This document shows positions 44,920 to 54,750 of a stretch of DNA of 64,000 bases, piece by piece (the stretch's first letter is position 1; every line of letters begins with the position of its first letter). Origin of the DNA: Acidobacteriota bacterium (GTDB lineage: Bacteria; Acidobacteriota; Vicinamibacteria; Vicinamibacterales; UBA2999); assembly GCA_046727855.1 (NCBI GenBank), contig JBKPDL010000025.1, positions 15,697 to 79,696 of the forward strand, in the 5' to 3' direction. Below the pieces are notes generated by a model. It was given only the letters and a program-made list of their open reading frames with translations, was not told the origin of the DNA and made no database searches. The position numbers and the translations under genes were made by a program.

Positions 44920-45690
44920 TTAGCCTCCGAGCGCGTTAATCACCTCCCGTGCGGTGACTTCGCCGGAGAAATTCTGCTGACCCGTGATGAGGTTACCATC
45001 GCGAATTGCGAACGCCCGCCACAGCCCGGCCTGTACGTAGTTCGCGCCGAGGCGCTTCATCTCGTCCTCGATGCGCCATGGCATCACGTGCCGGTCCCGC
45101 GGAAGCAGGTTCAAGTCCCACACGGCGTTGTCCGCGTAGTCTTCCTCGACGTTGGCAAAGCCCGTCACGGTCTTGCCTCTGACCAGCGGCTCGCCATTCG
45201 ACAGCACAGCGTACCTTAGGATCGCAACGCCGTGGCACAGCGCCACCGTCACTTTGCCCTGCTCGTAAAACTCCACGAACGTGCGATGGAGATCGGCGGC
45301 CGGCTCGAAGGTAAACATTGGCGACTGGCCACCCGCGACCATGATCGCGTCGAATCGATCGACGTCGATCTCAGCGACCTTGCGTGTCTTCTCAATCAGT
45401 GCGACGAGCTGAGGCGTGTGAATGAAGCCCATTGTGATCAGATCGCTCGACGAGTAGCCGCTCGGATCCCGCGGATCGCTCATCGCGTCCGCTTCGCATC
45501 GGCCACCGTCCGGACTGAAGAGCTCGATCTCGTATCCCTTCTCGCTCAACACGAAATATGAGTGCGTCAACTCGCTCCACCAGAAGCCGACCGGCCAGCC
45601 GGTCGTCGTCGATGTCGCCGGGTTGGCGATGACGATGGCGACGCGCTTTCGATTGCGCGGGTCCACGATATTCGGATCTTGTAGGCTCAT
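44920..45690 (-). CDS. Type 1 glutamine amidotransferase-like / DJ-1-PfpI family protein
   Basis: RVAIVIANP...FDAIMVAGGQSPMF...VTVALCHGVAIL (nucleophile elbow Cys-His). Start chosen at MSLQDPN. Confidence 0.8.
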   Translation of the reverse strand: MSLQDPNIVDPRNRKRVAIVIANPATSTTTGWPVGFWWSELTHSYFVLSEKGYEIELFSPDGGRCEADAMSDPRDPSGYSSSDLITMGFIHTPQLVALIEKTRKVAEIDVDRFDAIMVAGGQSPMFTFEPAADLHRTFVEFYEQGKVTVALCHGVAILRYAVLSNGEPLVRGKTVTGFANVEEDYADNAVWDLNLLPRDRHVMPWRIEDEMKRLGANYVQAGLWRAFAIRDGNLITGQQNFSGEVTAREVINALGG

Positions 45691-45834
45691 ATCACCTCTG
45701 GGACTACATCCTGAGTGTGGCAAGTGGCGCTCGTTCGCATGATGCCAGCAAAGAAGCATGCAAGCGGCCCGGACGCGCCATCAAGGACAAAAGCGCCGCA
45801 TTTTTGGCCAGAAGCGGTTCTTCAAAGCCGAGCA

Positions 45835-45986
45835 TTTAGACCGTTATGCGGCCACAGACGTGAATTTTGCACGCGTTGTGGACCCGCATAACGGTCTACG
45901 GCGCGCGGAGCGCGCCAAGCCAACAACAAGAACTAGCCAAGGGCCGCGGAGTTAGCCGGATATCAAGGGCAGGGCCCTTGGCTAGT
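45835..45986 (-). repeat. Copy B of the ~155-nt three-hairpin repeat (reverse orientation)
   Basis: Its reverse complement matches 27211-27365 apart from a handful of substitutions. Confidence 0.8.
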
Positions 45987-46171
45987 GAGTATCTCCCGAT
46001 ATCGATCTTCTTTTCTGCGATCAGCGAGTCGCAAGCGTGAAACTCAGCGGCTCGCTCCGTTCGGCAGATCCCTTCGACGAGCGGCCAGACGTGTCTGCCA
46101 CGCGATTGGCCGAATGCGCGGCGTCTTTGTCCTTGAGACAACTGCATCGCGGTGTGCATGCTGACGGAGTA

Positions 46172-46326
46172 GACCAACCAAGGGCTCGCCCTTGATATCC
46201 CGATGCCTGGGGAGCATCGCCCTTGGCTGGTTGGCAGTATTTGCTTGGCGCGCTCCGCGCGCCTAGGACCGCTATGCGGACCAGCAACGAGTACAAAATT
46301 CACGTTCGGGGCCGCATAGCGGTCCA
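46172..46326 (+). repeat. Copy C of the three-hairpin repeat (diverged, with compensatory stem changes)
   Basis: GACCGCTATGCGG...CCGCATAGCGGTC versus GACCGTTATGCG...CGCATAACGGTC in copy A. The loop CAAAATTCACG is conserved. Confidence 0.7.
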
Positions 46327-46425
46327 GCGCGACGTCAACACGGACACATCACGAAGTGAGCGGCGCCTCCACAAAGTGCGCACATTCACACCACGTGAGT
46401 CTCTGCTAGTGGTTGGGGAGCTGCC

Positions 46426-47055
46426 ATGAACATCGGCATCCTGGGTGCCGGCAAGATGACGCAGGCGCTTGGGCGACATTTCATCAAGACGGGACATGAG
46501 CTCCTCGTGAGTTATTCGCGCAACCGCGACAAGCTCGAGAAGGCGGCTGAGGATCTTGGCGGCGGAACGCAGGTCGGTTCGCCCGTTGACGCGGCCCGCT
46601 TCGGCGACGTCGTCCTCCTCGCCACCGGCTGGGGTGGCGCGGCGCTGGCTCTCAAGGCGGGCGGAGCGCTTGACGGAAAGGTGCTCTGGAGCATCGTGAC
46701 ACCGCTGAAGCCCGACTACTCCGGGCTCGCGCTCGGCACAACGACATCAGGCAGCGAGGAGCTCGCCAAGCTCGTTCCGCGCGCCGCCTTCATCGCGGGG
46801 TGGCCTCCGTTTGCCGAGGTCCTGACGTCGGCGTCAACACGTTTTGGCACCGAGCAACAGACGCTGTTCTATTGCGGCGACGATCCGAACGCCAAGCGGA
46901 TCGTCGCTCCGCTGTTCGAGTCGCTGGACGTGGACGCGGTCGACGCGGGCCCGCTTTATGCCGCGAGGTTTATCGAGCCCGCGATGTGCCTGCTCGTGCA
47001 TCTCGCGTACGGTCAGAAGATGGGTCGGGTCGGAGTCCGTCTGCTCCGTCGTTGA
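46426..47055 (+). CDS. NAD(P)-binding oxidoreductase, F420-dependent NADP reductase / P5CR-like
   Basis: MNIGILGAGKMTQALGRHF Rossmann N-terminus; 209 aa. Confidence 0.75.
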   Translation: MNIGILGAGKMTQALGRHFIKTGHELLVSYSRNRDKLEKAAEDLGGGTQVGSPVDAARFGDVVLLATGWGGAALALKAGGALDGKVLWSIVTPLKPDYSGLALGTTTSGSEELAKLVPRAAFIAGWPPFAEVLTSASTRFGTEQQTLFYCGDDPNAKRIVAPLFESLDVDAVDAGPLYAARFIEPAMCLLVHLAYGQKMGRVGVRLLRR

Positions 47056-47090
47056 TGAATCAGTTCCGCAATCAAGAGGAGTTCGTTGAC

Positions 47091-48638
47091 ATGGCCGCAC
47101 AGACGAAGAGCCCATCGCCTTCGGTGACAGATCCTGCTGAACCTGGTGCGGGTGGCGCGGGTACCGGCAAGAAGCGGGCGCGCATGGCGATCGCGCGCGG
47201 CCAACTCTTGATCAACGGCAGGTGGCGCGACTCGGAAAGCGGCGAGACGATGCCGAACTTCGACCCAACGACTGAAGCCGAAACGACACAGATTGCGAAG
47301 GGCACACCCGGGGATGCCGACGCCGCGGTGCAAGCGGCTCTGCACGCGTTCGAGGAAGGACCGTGGGGGCGAATGCACCACGAGGAGCGCGCAAAGCTGA
47401 TGTTCCGGATCGCCGACCTTCTCGACGCCCGCGCCGAGGAGTTTGGAATGCGCGAGGCGATGGACATGGGGATGCCCATGCATGACTTCGTCACGATCAT
47501 CATGCCGCACTGCTCCGGACTGTTCCGGTTCTTCGGTGGACTCGCGATGCACATGAACGGGGGCTACCGCCAATCGTACGAACAGGACATCAGGATCCTC
47601 ACACGACGGGAACCCTTGGGCGTTGTCGCGGCGATTACGCCATTCAACTTCCCGCTCGCGCTGAGTGCTTCCAAGATTGCTCCGGCGCTCGCCGCGGGGA
47701 ACACGGTGGTACACAAGCCGGCGTCGGATACCCCGCTCTCAGCGCTCGCATTCGCGCAAGTGATCCTCGATGCAGGCATTCCCGAGGGCGTCTACAACCT
47801 TGTCACGGGCCCGGGGGGTTCGCTCGGCGACGCTCTCGTCAAGCACCCGCTTGTGGACAAGGTCGCGTTCACAGGGTCCACGGCCGTCGGGCAACAGATC
47901 GTGCGAAATGGCGCCGCGACCATGAAGCACACGACGATGGAGCTTGGCGGGAAGTCACCGAACATTATCTTCGCGGACGCGAATCTCGATTACGCCGTCG
48001 AAGCTGCGTTCTGGGGCATCTTCTGGAACAAGGGAGAGGTGTGCGTGGCCGGGTCGCGCCTGCTGGTCGAAAAGACCATCTACGATGCCTTCCTCCATCG
48101 CTTTGTCGCGCGCGCGAAAGCTGCGATCCTCGGCGATCCTCTGGACGAAGTGACGCAGGTCGGTCCGATCGCTAACAAGGCGGAGTTCGACAAGGTGGTC
48201 GGGTACATCAAGAGCGGTACGGACGAAGGGGCAAGAATCGTCGCGGGCGGCGGAACGACGAAGATCAACGGCAAAGGGCTTTTCATCGAGCCGACCGTGT
48301 TTGCGGACGCGACGAATGACATGCGAATCTCACGCGAAGAAATCTTCGGGCCGGTCGTCCCTGTGATCCCGTTCGACAGTGAAGAAGATGCAATCCGACT
48401 TGCGAACGACACGAGCTACGGTCTCGCATCAGGCATCCAGACCGGCGACATGCGTCGCGCGTTGCGGCTGGCTGACAGAATCAAAGCGGGCACGGTGTGG
48501 CTCAACACGTGGCACAAGTATCATCCGAACGCGCCGTTCGGCGGATTCAAGATGAGCGGCTTCGGCCGGGAACAGGGGGCCGAAGCGCTGGAGAGCTACA
48601 CCCAATACAAGACGATATGGGCAAACCTCGCCGGGTAG
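47091..48638 (+). CDS. NAD(P)-dependent aldehyde dehydrogenase
   Basis: FTGSTAVGQ, catalytic ELGGKSP and EVCVAGSR motifs, PFGGFKMSGFGRE. Start at ATG 47091 after the upstream gene's stop. Confidence 0.95.
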   Translation: MAAQTKSPSPSVTDPAEPGAGGAGTGKKRARMAIARGQLLINGRWRDSESGETMPNFDPTTEAETTQIAKGTPGDADAAVQAALHAFEEGPWGRMHHEERAKLMFRIADLLDARAEEFGMREAMDMGMPMHDFVTIIMPHCSGLFRFFGGLAMHMNGGYRQSYEQDIRILTRREPLGVVAAITPFNFPLALSASKIAPALAAGNTVVHKPASDTPLSALAFAQVILDAGIPEGVYNLVTGPGGSLGDALVKHPLVDKVAFTGSTAVGQQIVRNGAATMKHTTMELGGKSPNIIFADANLDYAVEAAFWGIFWNKGEVCVAGSRLLVEKTIYDAFLHRFVARAKAAILGDPLDEVTQVGPIANKAEFDKVVGYIKSGTDEGARIVAGGGTTKINGKGLFIEPTVFADATNDMRISREEIFGPVVPVIPFDSEEDAIRLANDTSYGLASGIQTGDMRRALRLADRIKAGTVWLNTWHKYHPNAPFGGFKMSGFGREQGAEALESYTQYKTIWANLAG

Positions 48639-48933
48639 CCCGCGGTGAGGAGCCGGCAACCGGCAGCGAGTTCTTCATCAAGGACGAATCCGTGCGGGGT
48701 CAAATTCTCGCGACCGGGCGGCGAACGCATGCATGGACATCGACCGTCCGCAAAGGAGATTGATGCTCAAGAGGATTGAGTGTCGCTTTGATGCCGCAGC
48801 ATAGAGAACGTTTCGCGATCCAGCACGCCGATTGTGAGCGGCTCCGGAAGAAACAGTCATCAGTTCCCGCTCGTCTCAATAAGTAGGAGGCCTCGTGGAC
48901 GCCACGACAGGTGTCTTCCGAGGAACCGTGATC

Positions 48934-49521
48934 ATGTTTAGAACGATTGTCGCTATCTTCTCTCTTGTCGCGTTGCCGGCTGTGGCGGCAGCACAGGTTC
49001 GTGTCGACGTTGATCGTCACAAGGATTTCAGCAAGTACCAGACCTTTGATGTCGAAGTGGGCCCCCTCGTTCGCGCCGACGGGACACTCGACGAAGAGAA
49101 CACACTGGCGGAGGATCGCCTGCGCCGTGCCGCTATCGACGAATTGCAGGCGCGCGGGCTCGAGGCGACAGAAGGCGGCGCGGATCTCGTGATTCGCATC
49201 TCAGGCCGCGAAACCGAACGCACGGATATCGTGGGCTCGGGCCTTGACAGCTACCCGTATTACTGGGGTGGGTTTCGATACCGGCGCTGGGGATACTGGG
49301 CCCCTTACGGCTATTGGGGACGCCCTTACTTCAACGACGTGTGGACGCGCCGATATCTCGAAGGGTCGCTGATGGTTGACATCATCGAGCGCGGCACGGG
49401 CAGCTTGGTGTACCGTGCGCAGGTGAGCGACGAAATCGGGAAGGACCTCGACAAGCACGTAACGAAGATGGTGGACCGCGCGTTCAAGAAGTTCCCGGTC
49501 AAAGAGCTGCGCGCGAACTGA
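48934..49521 (+). CDS. DUF4136-like secreted protein
   Basis: Signal MFRTIVAIFSLVALPAVAAAQ, Tyr/Trp/Gly-rich insert (YPYYWGGFRYRRWGYWAPYGYWGRPY) and ...GSLMVDIIERGTGSLVYRAQ. Confidence 0.7.
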   Translation: MFRTIVAIFSLVALPAVAAAQVRVDVDRHKDFSKYQTFDVEVGPLVRADGTLDEENTLAEDRLRRAAIDELQARGLEATEGGADLVIRISGRETERTDIVGSGLDSYPYYWGGFRYRRWGYWAPYGYWGRPYFNDVWTRRYLEGSLMVDIIERGTGSLVYRAQVSDEIGKDLDKHVTKMVDRAFKKFPVKELRAN

Positions 49522-49547
49522 TCTCCGCCTCGCTGCCAGCACCGGGG

Positions 49548-50210
49548 ATGGTGACCATGACGAGCCAGACCGCGCCTCCCGCGTCCGAGAACATTGGCCG
49601 CGGACGCGTGGAGGCGTTGAGCGACGGTGTCTTCGCCATCGTCGTCACGCTCCTCGTGCTGGAGATTAAAGTGCCCCACGTGGCCGAGCACTCCTCGGAG
49701 GCCGAACTCGGACGCGCCCTGTGGACGCTGGCGCCCAAATTCATAAGCTGGGTGATCAGTTTCGTCACCGTCTGCGTGATCTGGCTGAACCACCACCGAT
49801 TGTTCGCAGCCATGAGCCGCATCGACAACGGCCTCTTTTGGCTGAACGCGAACCTCTTGCTGTGGACGTCGTTCATCCCGTTCCCGACGGCGCTGATGGG
49901 GGACTACCCGACGAGTAGCCTCGCGGTCTCGTTCTACGGCCTTGTCATGTTCCTGATGGCGCTCGGGTTTGTGCTCATGCGTTGGCACATGCTCCGCCAC
50001 CTCGACCTCGTTCATGAGCACGTCGACCGCGCGGCATTTCAGAAAGGCACCCGTTCCTCGATCGTCATGGGCCCGATCGCGTACGCCCTCGGCGCTGGCC
50101 TCGCGTGGCTAAGCCAGATCGGCGCCTTCGTTTGCTACGGCGCCATCGCGCTCTACTTCGTGTTCCCGCACGGTCATTCTTCCGCAGTCAAAAGCGATAG
50201 GTCGAGCTGA
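49548..50210 (+). CDS. TMEM175/DUF1211 family putative potassium channel
   Basis: RVEALSDGVFAIVVTLLVLEI signature; 6 TM. The last 9 codons and the stop fall inside a 46-nt repeat shared with 53303-53348. Confidence 0.8.
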   Translation: MVTMTSQTAPPASENIGRGRVEALSDGVFAIVVTLLVLEIKVPHVAEHSSEAELGRALWTLAPKFISWVISFVTVCVIWLNHHRLFAAMSRIDNGLFWLNANLLLWTSFIPFPTALMGDYPTSSLAVSFYGLVMFLMALGFVLMRWHMLRHLDLVHEHVDRAAFQKGTRSSIVMGPIAYALGAGLAWLSQIGAFVCYGAIALYFVFPHGHSSAVKSDRSS

Positions 50211-50440
50211 CCGCGAGATAGGCAACGTCGGGCGCGCACTCCGCAGGTCGACCAACACTCCGATGCGACGCCTGCGCGAACGTCTCCGTCGCATGCAGCG
50301 CCGCTGACGCTGCCTCAAGGACAAAGACGCGGCAGATTCGGCCATTCGGGGCCGTGGCGGCGACAGGCCACCAGAAATTGAACGAGAGCTGAACGGAATA
50401 TTCACAGCGCGTACCCGCGGACCACGGTCAAATGGTTTCG

Positions 50441-50560
50441 ACGAGTTTCGTGATCCCGGACCGCTTTCTCGCGCCGGGGGTGGAGTACAAGATCGAGATG
50501 AAGTCCGTCGCAGCAGGAGGCAACAAGACATCTGCGTCCTGCGGGTTCTGCACGCGGTGA
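50441..50560 (+). pseudogene. 3' fragment (about 39 codons) duplicated from the gene at 56879..57351
   Basis: STSFVIPDRFLAPGVEYKIEMKSVAAGGNKTSASCGFCTR* versus ...STSFVIPDGFLAQGLEYEIEMKSVAAGGNKTSASCGFSTR*. About 90% nt identity over ~115 nt. No upstream ORF. Confidence 0.6.
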
Positions 50561-50594
50561 CGGTCGGCCTGCCGATCGTCGCTTGGAGATCCAC

Positions 50595-52010
50595 ATGACT
50601 GCTATCGCCTCGTCCGTAAGGACACATTGCCTGGCACCAGGACGAGACCGCTCGCCGGTCGATTGTGCAATCGGTCCCGCAAGATACGCGCGAATGTTTC
50701 CCGAACTTCCAGCGCTCGAAGCCGACGAGACGTTTCTTCGCGCGATTGGTCGCGCAGGTGGACCATGCGACTGCGGCGATGTCGTCGACACGCCGGCCTC
50801 ACTTGGTGAAGAGGCAGCCGGCTGGCCAATCTTCGGCCAGTTCGTCGCTCACGACATCACTGCGGATCGGTCGGCACTCCAGAGCCACGTCAACCCGGAG
50901 GCTCTTCGCAACGCGCGTACGCCGCGGTTGGACCTGGAATGTCTCTACGGCGATGGCCCTGTGGGGCATCCGTTTCTTTTTCAACGTGACGATCCCGCCA
51001 AGTTTCTGCTCGGTGCAGATAACTCTGACGTGCCGAGGAACGCCGAGGGCATCGCGATCATCAGCGATCCGCGGAACGACTCGCACATGCTGATGTCGCA
51101 GATGCACCTGGCCATGCTCAAGGCGCACAACGCGTTCGTGGATGACGCGCGCGCTCGCGGCGTGCCGGAACAGGACGTGTTCACCACCGCGGCACGCGAG
51201 ATGCGGTGGCATTACCAGTGGATTCTCACGGATGAGTTCTTGCCCGCGCTCGTCGGCGGTGATCTGGTAGCCGAGATTATGACGAATGGGCCGCGGTGGT
51301 TTCGTCCGGCCGACAACGTCTTCATCCCGCTCGAATTCGCCGACGCGGCCTACAGATATGGTCATTGTCAGATTCGTCAGAGCTACCAGCTCAATCGCGA
51401 CACGGATCCCGTTCCCGTCTTCCCTGACCTTCTTGGCTTTCGACCGGTTCCGTGTGAGCGAAGCGTGGACTGGACGCTGCTGTTCGATGTAGCCGGCGCA
51501 AGAACGGCCCAGCGCGGCAAGAAGATCGACGGTCGTCTGCCCCGGTCGCTCATTCAGTTGCCGGTGGCGATTACCGGCGAGTGCGAGATCGACGAATACC
51601 ACTCACTCGCCGTGCGAGATCTTCAGCGCGGACAGGGCGTCGGACTGCCCTCCGGTGAAGCGGTGGCGCAGCATCTCGGCGTGAGACCGCTCTCCACAGA
51701 GGAAGTTGGACTTGCCGCGACGGGCTGGTCCGGGCCGACGCCGCTTTGGTATTACATCCTCCGTGAGTCCGCGGTCACCATGTCCGGCAATCGCCTCGGT
51801 CCCATTGGCGGGCGCATTGTGGCGGAAGTAATGATGACGCTGCTCGATCGCGATCCTGGTTCCGTCCGTTCCGCGGGTCCGGAATGGACACCGCGCTGTT
51901 CGCTGATCGACCTGCTCACATCGCGGGTGCGGCACTCGACCGAGCATCGGTCGTCATTCGGGGAAGTGCACGAAGGGGGCATCGGGGCCGCACGCACATC
52001 GGCGGTGTGA
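50595..52010 (+). CDS. Animal-type haem peroxidase family protein
   Basis: FGQFVAHDIT (distal His region), RNDSHMLMSQMHLAMLKAHN and AAYRYGHCQIR (proximal His region). Confidence 0.8.
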   Translation: MTAIASSVRTHCLAPGRDRSPVDCAIGPARYARMFPELPALEADETFLRAIGRAGGPCDCGDVVDTPASLGEEAAGWPIFGQFVAHDITADRSALQSHVNPEALRNARTPRLDLECLYGDGPVGHPFLFQRDDPAKFLLGADNSDVPRNAEGIAIISDPRNDSHMLMSQMHLAMLKAHNAFVDDARARGVPEQDVFTTAAREMRWHYQWILTDEFLPALVGGDLVAEIMTNGPRWFRPADNVFIPLEFADAAYRYGHCQIRQSYQLNRDTDPVPVFPDLLGFRPVPCERSVDWTLLFDVAGARTAQRGKKIDGRLPRSLIQLPVAITGECEIDEYHSLAVRDLQRGQGVGLPSGEAVAQHLGVRPLSTEEVGLAATGWSGPTPLWYYILRESAVTMSGNRLGPIGGRIVAEVMMTLLDRDPGSVRSAGPEWTPRCSLIDLLTSRVRHSTEHRSSFGEVHEGGIGAARTSAV

Positions 52011-52140
52011 TAGCCGCGAAAGTGTCAGGAGCAAGTCTTGGTGCGGTCGGACCTGATCCAGTCACGCCAGGACGACGGTGCGAGGCGGCATCTGCCCGTT
52101 GGCAGAATTCGAGGGATTTTTGGCATTTCAGCGAGGCGCC

Positions 52141-52998
52141 ATGAGTGCAGAACGCCAGACAGCGGTCCATCGGTTCGAGGCGAACCTCTTTCCCGTCAAC
52201 GCCTATCTCGTTGAGACGAACGAGGGCATCGTCGTCGTTGATGCCACGCTCGGCGTCTCCGACGGCCGGGCGCTCCGCTCGCGAGTGGAGGCGCTGCGGA
52301 AACCACTTGCCGCGGTGATCATCACCCACAGTCATCCCGACCATTACGGAGGTGTCACGTCGCTCCTTGACGGGGCTGATGTGCCTGTATTCGCAGTGGC
52401 TGGCGTCGATCAAGTGATTCGCCGGGACGACGCAGCGAAAGAGCAGATTCTTCGGCCGCTGTTTGGGAGCGAATGGGCAACCACTCGAACGTTTCCCAAT
52501 CGCATCGTCCACAACGAGCGCGTCACCATCGGTGATGCGGTCTTCGCTGTGACCGATCTGGGGCCGGGCGAATCGCCTCACGACAGCCTGTGGCGACTCG
52601 AATCGAGTGGCCAACCCAAGATCTTCGTGGGAGACCTGGTGTACAGCCACATGCATCCGTTCCTCGGTGACGGGTTCTACGATCGTTGGTTGGCCAATCT
52701 TGCACGGGCGAGACGCGAGTTGCCGACCGATGCAACGCTGTTCATGGGACATGGACAGCCTGTCACGGGCCACGAGATCCTCGACTGGCAGACGAACTAC
52801 ATCCAGCAATTCGTGGAAATTCTCCGATCGGCCGTCGAACGCGAAGGTCTTGAAGGTGATGCGCTGGCGGACGCAGTGACGGCGCGTATGAAAGCGTTTC
52901 TGCCCAGCGACGATCTGCTGTTTCTGCTGCGATTGAGCGTCGAGCCAATGCGCAACCGGCTCGCGTTGGCAACGCGAGACAAGGAGGCACGATTGTGA
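52141..52998 (+). CDS. MBL-fold metallo-hydrolase
   Basis: ITHSHPDHYGG (HxHxDH) motif. Start at MSAERQ. Confidence 0.85.
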   Translation: MSAERQTAVHRFEANLFPVNAYLVETNEGIVVVDATLGVSDGRALRSRVEALRKPLAAVIITHSHPDHYGGVTSLLDGADVPVFAVAGVDQVIRRDDAAKEQILRPLFGSEWATTRTFPNRIVHNERVTIGDAVFAVTDLGPGESPHDSLWRLESSGQPKIFVGDLVYSHMHPFLGDGFYDRWLANLARARRELPTDATLFMGHGQPVTGHEILDWQTNYIQQFVEILRSAVEREGLEGDALADAVTARMKAFLPSDDLLFLLRLSVEPMRNRLALATRDKEARL

Positions 52999-53306
52999 CA
53001 ATCGGCTCGGGGCAGCTGCATGAAATACGGCGTCCCGGGGACCGGCGGCATACCCTGGCATGCGCGCGCCGACATGGATTCTCTGGATGTCCTAGACGCG
53101 TGGATGAAGCTCGTACCTGGTCGCGAAGCAGAAGTCTTCCCGCGCTTAGGACGCGCTCTGGACGAAGCCGCAGGCCGCGCCGGCGAGTTGCGGCTGACGA
53201 TCCCAATGGCTTACGTCGAAGCGGTCGCTGTTTAATCGGGCCGCGACAATTGCAAAAGTCCGTGTCTCTGTCACACGCGGCTCCACAGTCGTCATCCCCT
53301 GTGCAG

Positions 53307-54731
53307 TCAAAAGCGATAGGTCGAGCTGACAGCGAGATATGCCACGTCTTCGCCGCGCGGGGTCTCACGCAGGAATCGTCCAGCGATAAACGCGGTTGAC
53401 GTAATCGCGAGCGTCAGGTGCTCATCGACGCGGAAGTCGGTCTGCACCGTGAGTTGACGTCCGACGTCGCGCGCGCGACTGGCGCCCGCGGGACGAATCA
53501 GGTTCACGCTGATCCCGTAGACACCATCGTCTATGCTCTGCCGCAAAAACCACGCGTGGTCAATCGTCATCGTCACTCGCCTGGATACGCTCACACGCAC
53601 GGCAGGCGTTATGTCGATCGAGTTCGCCGGTCCAATGAGACCCACGCGACCTGAGTAGGCGGTTCCCGGAAACAACGGGTTGAACGTTTCGAGAGCCGGA
53701 TCGTCACGGCGTCGGTCACCAGTCGTGAGATCGGCACGAAGGCCAACGCGGGTGGGCCATCGCAGCAAGTTGAAGCTATATCCGGTGTCCGTCGCCACCG
53801 CCCACGCGCGAATCGGCGCGTCAGCGAACGAGCCCCACTGGAGGATCAATTCGTAGTTGTAATCTGCGTCTGCCCAGCGACCCCACGTCCGCGAGCCTAG
53901 CGTCTGACGAACCTCATGCCCTCTCCCCTGATTGAACTGCGCGCCGTGGCGGTCAAGCATCAAGTAGTAGCCAGATGTGCCTGTTTCCTGACGCGGGCCG
54001 CGCGTTCGAATAAAGCCGACACCACCAAACGTTTGCCGAGGCTCCTGGCTATCGTCGAACATGCCGGGCTCGACGGCGACGAGCTTCGCCACCAGCCCGT
54101 TCCACGTCCACGATCCCAGTCGAACGATGGGTCGTACCGCATCGAAACTTCGTCGCACATTTCGTCCCTCGCTTGGCGAAATCAGCCGTCCTGATCCAAA
54201 CGCGACTTCCTGGCGCCCGACTCGCAGCGTGAACGAGCGCGGCGACGGCCCCGTACTCAGCTCAACGAACGCCTCATGAAACTCGAGACGATCTTCGTCA
54301 GTCGGGCGCGGGCCGCCCGTGCGACCCGACTCGAGTCCGCTCTGAAGTTCGGTGAAAACGCGTAGATGCGGACCCGCATGGAAGTCAGCATGGGCCAGGT
54401 AGCGCTGGAGAACATACCCATTGCCATCCTGCGGTCCTGCACCAAAGGCGGCGTTCCGAAAAGCCTCATAGCGGACTCGGCCCTCGCCACCCAAGGACGC
54501 GTACCATCCGTCGGCGTTCGCCTGGATGAACTTGAGTCGATCCCAGACATCGGTGCGGCGCGACGGATCGCGAAGCATGCTCCAATCCTCGTCGTACCTG
54601 AGTGGCTGGTACTGCGGCCGTGGCGCGGGCTGTTCGCCCTCGGTCGTCGACTGCGCGGCTGCCGGCGAAAACGCTCCGATGCAAAGCGCGATCAACCCGG
54701 TGAGCGCGATGGTGCCGAACCGCGGCATCAT
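53307..54731 (-). CDS. Alginate-export (AlgE-like) family outer membrane beta-barrel
   Basis: Signal MMPRFGTIALTGLIALCIGAFSPAAA. YQPLRYDEDWS...LKF...GGEGRVRYEAF... pattern and C-terminal ...LAVSSTYRF. Confidence 0.75.
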   Translation of the reverse strand: MMPRFGTIALTGLIALCIGAFSPAAAQSTTEGEQPAPRPQYQPLRYDEDWSMLRDPSRRTDVWDRLKFIQANADGWYASLGGEGRVRYEAFRNAAFGAGPQDGNGYVLQRYLAHADFHAGPHLRVFTELQSGLESGRTGGPRPTDEDRLEFHEAFVELSTGPSPRSFTLRVGRQEVAFGSGRLISPSEGRNVRRSFDAVRPIVRLGSWTWNGLVAKLVAVEPGMFDDSQEPRQTFGGVGFIRTRGPRQETGTSGYYLMLDRHGAQFNQGRGHEVRQTLGSRTWGRWADADYNYELILQWGSFADAPIRAWAVATDTGYSFNLLRWPTRVGLRADLTTGDRRRDDPALETFNPLFPGTAYSGRVGLIGPANSIDITPAVRVSVSRRVTMTIDHAWFLRQSIDDGVYGISVNLIRPAGASRARDVGRQLTVQTDFRVDEHLTLAITSTAFIAGRFLRETPRGEDVAYLAVSSTYRF

Positions 54732-54750
54732 TCGCCGAGCCCACGGGCTG

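Noticed and set aside
46800-47090. N-terminal extension of the aldehyde dehydrogenase ORF
   Set aside because: It overlaps the 3' end of the reductase gene in another frame. ALDH homology begins only after the ATG at 47091.
51916-53061. 381-aa minus-strand ORF
   Set aside because: Antisense to the MBL hydrolase gene (HxHxDH motif on the plus strand). No motifs of its own.
53020-53235. 71-aa ORF after the MBL gene
   Set aside because: No Shine-Dalgarno sequence, no recognisable motif and no signal peptide. It could be real, but I cannot support it.
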